A stretch of DNA of 64,000 nucleotides, from assembly GCF_009914755.1 (NCBI RefSeq), contig NC_060942.1. One strand, given 5' to 3'. Of the stretch, positions 35,014-45,470 are shown piece after piece (the first letter of the stretch is position 1; every line of letters starts with the position of its first letter). Made by a program: the position numbers and the translations under genes. The notes beneath the pieces are model-generated. The model worked only from the letters and a program-made list of their open reading frames with translations, ran no database searches and was not told the DNA's origin. Source of the stretch: the human T2T-CHM13v2.0 reference genome, Homo sapiens.

Positions 35014-35290
35014 AGTTCTATGAGTTCTTTATATATTCTGGATATTAATTTTGTATCAGATATATGATTTGCTAATATTTTTCCCCTTCTGTGCCTTTTT
35101 CCTCTCTTGGTAGTGTCTTTTGGTGCACATATTTTTTAATTTCAATGAACTCCAATTTTTTCTTTCTTTGTCTCCGATGCTAGTGTCATATTTAAGAAAT
35201 TGTTGCCAAACCCAATGTCATGAAGCTTTCCTCTGATGTTTTCTTCTAAGAGTTTTATAGTCTTAGCTCTTACATTCAGTGTTTGATCTG
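34115..35290 (-). mobile_element. L1MB-type 3' end
   Basis: gtggtaaaatatacataacataaatttaccattttaaccatttttaag, ctccagaactctt, ttcctttctttttaaggctgaat, gccaaacccaatgtcatgaagcttt. Confidence 0.9.
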
Positions 35291-36589
35291 GGCTCCTCTT
35301 GACCATAAGGTCACATTTAGTCTCCTAGCATCTTATCAGTGACACTGTGTTTTATAGAATCTGCTTACGTGCTAGATGAATAGCTAATAGAACAAGGTCG
35401 GCCCCAAATTTCAGGCTATCCAACTACACTAGCTTGACCACAGCTGCGAATATCTCCCCAGAATAAACTTTACCTTCCTTTGTTGATGCGCAGAGCAAGG
35501 AAGGCAGTGCTTGCCATTTTGGACTGTTTTTTTTCTTAGATAATTTTGAAATACAAAACCATTTATTCTTCTGAATCTCTTCAAAACACTGATAACATCA
35601 ACAGACAGTGTTAAATGGTAAAACTGCTCACCAAGGTGTGTGTGGTGGCTTGCTGCGGTGTTTTGCTCTGATGCTGTTTGAAACATGCAGGGCGTATTAA
35701 AGGTCTTCCTGGTGTATTGAGAACAGCTATGGGACAAGGGGGCTATTTACTAGTGACTGGGGATATTGCCATACGTTTGCCCTGCTGGTGCCATTTGTCT
35801 AAAATATCCTTGTTCCAATCCCATGCACAGAAGGCTTGAGCTGACTGTTCTTTGGGAAAGAACACTATGTTGCAATAATGCTTAATTTGGGAAAAACTGC
35901 ATTATGAATCAAGCACTGAGCAGTATGTGGGCCATTTGGTTTTGAGTTGTGAACTTTCCTTCGCAATCCAGCATAATGTTGAAATGTCAGCTAGGACTTA
36001 GTTTGGCTATCAACGGAATTTCACTATTTATAACAGAAGATGTGGTATCTGGGCTATAGCTCAGTTCCCTCAAACCTGGGCCAAAATCCAGCTCCAAAAA
36101 GATATCACTAGACTAATTTAACAGGATCCTTTTGTGTCTCAATTGAATAAGGGAAAATGTACTAATTTCTGTAGTTATCACGACAACTGTCACTAGTGGT
36201 TGATCCGAAGCAGTGGTGGAGGCTGCAGTCCTGTTACACTCTAATCGAAATTCTCATGTTTTGATATATCGTAGTCTCTGTGTTACGTAATTCCATAGCC
36301 AAAGCGCTCCATCAGCTACGCTTTGTTTAGAGGAAGAAGCAGGAAATAAAAAATTAGCTTCATAATGGAACAGAAGACACCACGTCTTCCTGTCAGAGAG
36401 TGCTGCTTATCAGAATGCTTCGTGTACAATTAAGGCAGTCAATTCAGAAGGCATTCCAAATATCGTTGTTTAAAAGTATAAAGAAATTAACAAAAAATGC
36501 ATTGAGATGAGAGTGGTTCTGTCTTAGAGTAACGGGGGTTTTCTGCTTCCTTTTGTCTGCAGCTGGCCAGAGCTGTACCCTTGAGTCCT

Positions 36590-36750
36590 CAAAGCGCAGT
36601 CCTCTTTCCAGCAGCAATCAGCCTCACCTGGGAGCCTGTCAGAAATGCAGACTCCCAGGCCAGCCCCCAGATCCGCGTAATCACCATTTGCATCTCCACA
36701 GACCCTCAGATGGTCTCTGTGCCCAGTACGGTCTGAGAGGCGCTGCCCTA
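36590..36750. mobile_element. MER5-family MITE (diverged)
   Basis: cagcaatcagcctcacctgggagcctgtcagaaatgcagactcccaggcc...tgagaggcgctg. Confidence 0.7.
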
Positions 36751-39700
36751 AGTTCCTGGTGAAATTGGAGCCAGCACTGATAATGTCTGTGGCTCCCTCT
36801 GTGTCATCAGGAGCCCGTGCATCTGTGAATCCTCCTCGCTCAGAAATATTGACGATCTTGTGCGTGCTGCCAGGGAAGAGGTGGGGCGCGCAGCAGCAGA
36901 GGAAAGCCTGGGTTGGAGGAGGACACTCGACCTCACTTTCCTTTTTCAGAATCCTGGCAAGCAGGCGGGATGCGTCCTCACTCCGGTGCCAGGACTATGA
37001 ATTTACAGGCAGGGGGCAAAAAAAGCGAACATTTTGATGACCCTCCCCGGTTTGCTGCTGGGCTGAGGGCGGTTGTTTCCTGCAACTTCCCTGATTAGCA
37101 TGCATCAGGCGAGTCAGGGACCTGAGTGAAAACCTGCTCTCCAACGCCGCTGTCAACGTCCTGCCCTTCGATAAATGATCCAGAGCTGCTGCTCGGCGTG
37201 GGGATGGGAATGTGTTTAGGCACTAAAACCACTGCTTGCATGACATCATTCCATATCAGATTACACTGTAATGTCAGGAATGTAATCATTAGCATTTAAA
37301 CATGCATAAAATTTAATTAACCTACTTACCAGTTTGCTTAGAACTTTTGAAGGGCTACCTAGAGTCCTCTCTAAGCGTTTTATTACAGGGTTTTGGAAAG
37401 CTCACAAAAGAGAGAAGTTCACTGGGATTTTTCTCCCTAAAGCTGATGGGCCGTGACAGATGAGCAGATGACCCGAGTTAATTATTATTGAATTCGTTAT
37501 TACTGCTTTGTTGTCACCCAGCTCAGCCAGGGTAAAATGATGACAGTAGGTATCTCATTAAAACAGCTGTTTCAATTATGTAGCGGCAAATATTTAAAAA
37601 GCGAGCTTCCAAGTTTAAAGCCGTTAACAAAGTTTGTTTGTGCTGGTTGTGCCAAGATGATCTGACGGAAAAGGAGGGGGAGGAGGAACGATGGGAGACG
37701 TTGATCAGCGCCATGGCTCCAGAGGAGAGGCACCCCCACACCAGCCCAAGCCCGCCTGGTCTGGCCAACCTCAGGGGGTGGCGGAGGGCAGGTAACAGGG
37801 AGGAAAGGGCTTGGGTTTTCCCCACCATATCCCAATTTCAGGAGTCCATGTTAAATCTAGTTATGTTTAAATTGTAATGGAAAAGAGCTGTTTACATGGA
37901 TTTCTTTCCACCTACAAAACGGGATCTCAGCCAGTGTGCTTTATTATGATCACCTCGCCTAGCTGAGACCCTTATGTAGGTATTCAAAGAAATAAAGAAA
38001 AACTTCTCCCAGGTCTCCATTCAGGAAGAGTGTCCTCACTGTCTGGTACTCGGAGTGACTTTGTGTAGATGTTGGCTGTCTTTTATTAACACATATCTAC
38101 CATGAGAGCATTCGATTACAGATCAAGCCCTGATAATTTATCAGGGAATCTGATTTTTTTCTACCGTCAATATGTTGCTGACTTACAATTGATGAAATTC
38201 AGCAAAACTGTCAGAAGTGGAAGTTTCCTGTTCTCTCACTGGAATTTGTCTCTCGGTTTTATCATAAATGGCACATTCTCTCAATTCTGTGTTCAATGTT
38301 TTCCAGAGAGGGGATTCAGCTCTAGGTTCTCTCCTGGACTTATGATGTGTGTCCTTTCCCCTTGATGACCATATGACTCTGAGGCTGGAGTCCTCAAACA
38401 TGACCCTAATAAGTCCTGGGTCACGGATCACCACACCAGCCAATTAGTTTCAGGCTGGGAAAATGTGGGTTCACCAGCCATCAGGAGGAGGGCTTCATCC
38501 CACTCTAGTCACTAAGTGAAGGCACACTGGGGTTCATGAAAGAGCTGAAGCAGGGTTGCACAATCATTCGGCCACTCCTGGGAGGACCCGGCAGGCGCAG
38601 ACACCGGGGCTGAACTTCACTCCCTGTGCAAAGCGCAGCACATTTGAGATGAAGAGATCTGGGTCAGCGACCCTGGTGGCTGAGGAGGCATGGAGAGCTC
38701 TGAAGAAATAAACATCTGGGAATTAGGGTGCAATTGGCGTTTGGAATTTGCCTGAGAATAAACTGTCCAACTTCTGTCCATCCAGGATAATTAGGTAGAA
38801 CATTTGCTTCAGCTTTGCTTGGGTTTGTTCACAGTTCCTAAGAATGTTGCTTAATAACATTGCCTAGCAGTGTGAGAGTAGTTGCTGATTTAAAATATGA
38901 AAAAAAATCAATCAACTAATATTCTCCTATAACATGTCAGTCAACCCATGTGACCAATGCAAAAATAAAACTGAGGCCCCATCAGGAAGGCACCATGGCT
39001 GGAGGGGGCAAATGCTTTTTGTGTTTATGAAAGAAGAAAATGTTATCTGGACTCTCTAATTAACGGTGAAAAAAGACATTTGTGTAGTTCCTAAAATTAA
39101 AATTCCAACAGAGAACTTTAAATCAGAATAGTGAACATTTTGAAATTTACTTTTTTCTAGAGTTTCACATACATAAGGTGTGTCTAGGTTGACAGTGTAA
39201 TATTTGGAACACTTTAGAGAAAGGCTCTTCCCATCTTCCCCGTCGCCAGTGTGGTAAGGATTTTTGTGTGTCTTACCGTCATCATACGGGCAGCTCGAAG
39301 GGAGGGAAGGGCCCGGAGGGGAGGGCTCTGTGGAGCACCCGACAAACGGCTTTGTGCTGCAGAACTGGTGATTCCCAGAAAGGAAAGGCTGCCAACCCCA
39401 GTGTGAGCTGGGGGCACGGGGAGGCCTTTGAGGCTTCACAGTGAAGGGACATATCTGTGCAGGAAGGAAAAGGGAGCATGTTGAACTCCCTTTCCTTATG
39501 ATCTTCCTGACCACAGGAAGCCCCAGGAGAAAACTTGGCAGAGGCCTGTGTGGTTCTCTGCCTCTGGCAACGAGCGTCCTCTGAAAAAGAGTCCAGTGCA
39601 CAAAACACGAGCCGACCTCCTGCAAACAGAAGGGAAAATCGTACGGGGGCCTTGTTTGGAATCTAATTTTCCCCAAAATACTTTAATTGTTAGTAATAGT

Positions 39701-41314
39701 CCCTTACATGTACCAGTTTAAGAATTATAATGGCACAAGAAGCAGAAAGATGGCAGCAAGGGCTGTATCTAATGCACTATTCTCAATGGGATTTATATTA
39801 TAAATACATCTTAGAAATGTAGATATATGTCCCTGAGAGAAAAGTTTTAAAACCATCTAACTTTTTAAGCATTAGTACCTTAATGTACTAAACAGTTTTA
39901 AAACCATCTAACTTTTTAAGCATTAGTACTATTCATTCCAGGAATTTTGAGTTACCAGGACTTCTATAATCATTGCATTAATATTATTAATCACTACAGT
40001 TCTTCTTGCAGTACCTGGAAAAGTACTTATTTACTGTGTTATTGTGTGTTGGAGACTCATTGTGTATCTTATTATCTCCATCCCACACAACAGCTTTGCA
40101 AAGAGGCATCACTTGTCCTCAATAGAGGAATGAGGCCGGGGGAATGGGGTCAGTGGCCCCAGCTTCATTTCCACAGCCCTAGGGCAGCCGCAGCCGTCTA
40201 GGGCCCCCATCATGTTCAGCCTGTGGTGGGAAGGCGCTACCGGATAGGCAGGGGTCCAGGGCGCCTCTCCAGGAGAGCTCCTCAGGGACCACGTGGTCTG
40301 TGCACACCTTTGAGGTGCTGGCCTGGGAAGCAGCTGCACCTGCTAAACCCACCCAGATGAGTCACGTGACCCTAGGATCATGTCCAGAGTCACCAGCAGC
40401 TGTAAGTCAGCCCCTGCCCTGCAGAAGCCGTCCACTGATGTGTGTCTCCTGCACCTCCAGCCTCGTTTCCAGCGGCAAGGGTACTTGGAAAACTGAGCAG
40501 ATGCTTCTCCCTGTCAGGGTGCCCCTCCTGGGTTCATGGCTCTGCCTCCCCCATCCCCAATTCCCACCTGGCCACACAGAACCACCACCACTGCCTCTTC
40601 CCTCATCCCTTCCTGAGAGGTTTGCGATTCCATGGATGCCACTGTTTTCTTCATTCGGCTTTGGCACCCAAAGAAAGGGAGCAGGTCAGGGAAGGAGGAA
40701 GAACAGCATGGGAACAGGCAGAGAGAAGCCAGAGCTGGCCTTCCCTTCGAGGACCTCCTTACAATATCTCATCCCTTTCTAGTCTTTGTCCTCAGATCCC
40801 CCTTGAATTGAATGAACTTGATTTGTGACAAAGTGTGACTACAGATGGAATGACTTTGGATGGAAGAAGGTGCACATTTTTAAGTATTTTGGGAGTCTAT
40901 CAGAAGCAAAGCGTAGGTGAAAAGATGGAGAGAGAAAAATTGGAAAGATTTGTGATAGAGCCACAATACAGCTGGGGTGCCTTTAGTACACGGCTGAACG
41001 GGCGGCAGGTTCAGCTGGAGGCACACTTCATTTTTTCAGATCAAGGGATTGTTGGCATGGAATTTAATTTTATTGAGAAATACAAGATTTCCAGGAGGAC
41101 TTTAGGATTCTGTCATTGCCGTGGCATGTTGTCAGATGCAGTTGGATGGTAAGAATTTATGAAGTCAGCTTCATCCCTTATATTGTAAAACAGTGAAAAT
41201 AAGCAACACAGATTGGAGAAAAATTAACATTGACTTCTCTCTGGATTTACCTACGCCGTTAACATTGCAAACCAATAAACCACAGGGGAAATTCCAGGGT
41301 GTGAGATCAGGTGA

Positions 41315-41334
41315 ATTCCAGAAGCTTCCAGAAT
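41315..41334. promoter_or_regulatory. Canonical 4-pentamer heat-shock element (HSF motif)
   Basis: aTTCcaGAAgcTTCcaGAAt is four perfect alternating nGAAn units. Motif only; function untested. Confidence 0.55.
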
Positions 41335-42734
41335 GTCATCTGCACCCACGTGAGGTGGAGTTGACAAGTTCTGTGCATCTCTAATTATCACCGTCACCAT
41401 CCCCATTCACTTCCATCTCATCCTCTGCTTAAGGAAGAGCAGCATGTTTTCGTCTTCATGTTCCCCTCCTCGTAGGTCCCCTCTCCCTCAGTGTGCTTTG
41501 GTCGCAGAGAAGAATATTACAAAATAGCATTGTGAAGGGACATATGTCCAAAGATGTCAAGAACTAAACACTTAATGGGGAAACTACTGTACAGTAAGCA
41601 TCAGTCAGGAATTAGGAGAGTAACTGTCTTTTCAAAGCTGGTGATGCTAATTGGAAAGTTGCAATAGGCTGTACCCTAAATCAACATTCAACAAAGATCT
41701 CATCAGTTAGGGGTTTGCAGATGGATAAAGGGCGTGATCCACGGACTGTTCACGGTGCAAAATTCTTGCGCAAAGATGGGAGCCTGAGGTCTGGAAAGCT
41801 CAAGGAGCAGCACCAGGCCACACAGCTGACATGCTCCCAAGAATGACCGTCCGCCTCCAAATCATAGCTTCTCCATTTTGACTAAAGTATTTTTATATTT
41901 CACTATGATTCATGGTAAAAAGTCTTTGCAAATTTAAGTAAACTCATTTTTTAAAGATCGAATTCCAAAGCACGAAGATGTACCAGAAGCAAGACGTACC
42001 AGAAACAAAACCCTTTTACCTTTTGGTAAACAGATAAGGCCAGTATCTCCTGAGATAAGCAGAGATGGTCGATCCTCACCAACAGATCAATCACCATCCC
42101 ACATGGAGATGCACCTGAGAGTTTCCACTTTCTCAAGGCCAGCGAAGTGGGATACCTCAGTTCCCGGAAACCTGGCCCTTCATCATGCCAGGACGCTGAC
42201 AGTTCCACTGAAGAATGAAAATGGCAAAATGGTAAACTGGGATCAGATTACCGTGTAAGAGCTCATTCCCTCTGCAAACCTGGAGATTTCCCATTATTCG
42301 TGAACTGGAACCTGGGAAACTCTTGACATTTGGTGGGATTTTTTTTTACCTTAATTCTGGAAAGTATTTCATAGCTAAAAATTTGTTCACACCTGTTATT
42401 TGTTTTTGTACACATGGAAAACTTAAGTTGTATTATTTCATTTCCCCCACCAGAAATGCAGATTCCCAAGACCAGAAGGGTAAAGGGCTGAGGCCACACA
42501 GGCTGTGAGCAGGAGAATTAGAATTTCATTTCTAAGATGATGCTGCTGTAACCTCCCTGGGAAATGTCACCCCATTTAACATAGGTAGTGCAGCATTTGT
42601 GTGTATATGTCTGCAGTGAGTAATGCATTACCTGCCCAATTTGACATATTATTTGAGACAGGAAGACCAAACACTCTAACAATATAGAATTATCTATGTT
42701 TGGTATCACCATGGTTTTGGGGGAGAATCACTGG

Positions 42735-42736
<2 letters not shown>

Positions 42737-42798
<62 letters not shown>

Positions 42799-42801
42799 CA
42801 C

Positions 42802-42897
<96 letters not shown>
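42737..42897. repeat. Compound microsatellite (CT)n(TA)n..(CA)n(TA)n
   Basis: Directly visible. Confidence 0.97.
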
Positions 42898-42898
<1 letters not shown>

Positions 42899-45384
42899 AG
42901 TGTGGAAGTTTAGTTACTTTGATTTTTAAGTTTTTCTAATAAAGGAAACAGATAAGAAGCAAACCTAAAGCTTAAGAGGCTGCACTCAAAATGGTGTGGA
43001 AGACAAAAATAACTCATTTCCTAAATGCATATCGTATATAATAAAAAGGTTGTTCAAATATGTATTATGCTGCAACTCAGATTATTTTAATGGGAAAATG
43101 TTGGGGTAATAAATCAATGTTTCAATTTCACAGAAAATAGCTTTAATTGCACAGATATCATGTTATTCTAGTTACGTTTATAGGAATCTGTGAAAAATAA
43201 AATTGCTTTTCTAATAGTTTGTTAGGTGGTTGTGAATCTTTAGTAAATGGATTTGACAAACGAGGAACTGGTAATCATTTTCTAAATACATGTGTCTCTG
43301 TTGGGATTCCCGTTTCAGAACACATTGAGAAATAGGAGGAGCTGGGGAATAAGAAGGCCGTGTCTTCGTTTTGGATCATATCTAATGATTTGTGTTAAGC
43401 GAATAGAACTTTCAAGAGTGCTATGCCCGCATTTGCCCATGCATTGCTGTTTATGTTGGCTGTTTACGGGGACAACTTACAAGACACTAGGTCTCTGGAA
43501 ACCTGCGTTTCGTGGGGCTCTGCAGCTCCCGTGTCTTTTAGGGGAAATGATTTTGGATGGCAGGAAAAGGTCCAACTAGCAGTTTTTCATTCTGAGGACC
43601 TATTCTTCTGGAAGCTTGCGGCTAGGCCGCATCCCTGAAAGTACTCTGGACCTTTACCACAGGGGACACACATCCCTGAGGATACTGCCTGAGCTAGAGA
43701 TCATTGAAATTTAACCCATTCATTTCAATTGTCAAGAAGAAAACTAAAGCATACTGTAACATATCATCTCAAATCAGGTTTCTAATAAGCTACAGTAGTG
43801 ACTAGGCATTAACATATCTATAGGGTTGTGACAGTTTATATAATTATATCGTGTATTTAATCAAGAATAAGGGAAAAGCTTGGAGATTTTAGGAAGGCAA
43901 CATTTCACAGTTTTATCCATTTATCATGTGCCTGTTTGCTGAACCTTTTCCATCTACTCTCTATGCTCAAATTACTTACAGTCTCTTTTTGAAGGAGATT
44001 TTGTTTAGATTGTATTTGCTCTTTCCCTGTGGGAGATTATCAAGCATTGCTTTATGGGTTGTGGTGGGGTTTTCTTGCCAGTAGAAGTAGGGGTAAACGA
44101 TGTCATTAGGAAAAATATACTTAATCAAACTACTGGTAGCAAAAGCAATGAACACGTCAGAACGTAATGACCCTGCCTTCTACCTTCTGAGACTATGAGC
44201 TCAGGAACCACAGGGTCCTATGGACTCTTCCCCTTCTTAGTACACACATTGTTTTTCTCCTCTCCTGGAGACACACAGTTTAAGAACCCAGGGTGCCCTG
44301 TTCACGTGATGGGCTCCAAGCAGCCTGAGATGCCTGTGCTGTTCTCCCCACCTCCTTCCCGCCCTCCCCACCTCCTGCTTAGTCCGTTCTTTAATTATTA
44401 GGTTAATGCTGTTCCATTTTTCAAAGGGAAACTGCAGTTTCGTTTTCAAAAATTGCATAAAGCATTCCTACAGCAGAAAAAAGAAAAAGAAAATGAATAA
44501 CACATTGGACCCTGGAAGAGAAGTTACAGGAAGATTTTTAAAATTAGATATGAACTCAATTCCTTGATGACTTTTTCCTGGAGACAGAGAGATTCTGAGT
44601 TTTCAAACGCTGTACAGAGTATCTGTCAGCACCTTAGTTTCTCTCCCTCACCTTCTACCTACTCAGTCATTTTTCACTTGGGATCCTTAGAAAAACGGAC
44701 TCTGACTTCAGATTTTCTAAACAACAAGAAAAAAAATGATTAGTTATCAAATTTAAAAGACCTAATATAAAGACAATATTAAGATTACTAGAATCCAAAT
44801 ATTGCTAAAATTTTACAGCTATGTTTGCAAAAAGTAGCTGCAGTTTTTTACATTTTAAATCTAAGGTCATTTATGACAACAATGGGCACATTTTCAAGGA
44901 CACTGGGAGGCCCAGAAGCCCACATTCCTTCTGCCCCCTTGCAAACACTTGCTGCCTGAGAACAGGTGACACAGCAGGCAGAGGAGTTGGGCTCTTGTCT
45001 GTAAGGCCTCTGGGACTGTCTTCTCCCTGCTACCTGGGGCATGACTGGGGCTGGGTTCCCATCTCCAGACCTTACCTGTTCTTCCCTCCTTTCGTGTTGC
45101 TTGATGGCCATACAGTCACATAGGACGCTCTTGGTTTAATGACAGCTGAATCTTTGCCAAACTACCTGTGTGCCAAATGCCAGGCTGTTATTTTTTTAAG
45201 CATGTACCTTTACTATTGAGTCTAATGAGATTGCTTTCTTTACCCCAGTGACCAGAGTTATTAATTGTTTAGACTTTACATCCATGCAATTTTTCCCTAT
45301 TAGTGTTTCTATTGTCTTCAACACACACACACAAAATGTGTATATCATTTTTATTTAAAATGTGACTGCAGACCTTGATTTCAA

Positions 45385-45470
45385 ATTACATGTTTTATTG
45401 AGCACCTACTATTTACCAGCTTCTTTCATATGCTAAAATCTGCAGTGAGCAAGACACTCTTTGCTTTCGA
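45385..45470 (-). mobile_element. L2 fragment
   Basis: tttattgagcacctactat...cagtgagcaagaca. Confidence 0.5.

Noticed and set aside
42161-42169. STAT GAS site TTCCCGGAA (others near 39937, 50377 and 50799)
   Set aside because: TTCnnnGAA is expected many times by chance in 64 kb, and the sites are not clustered.
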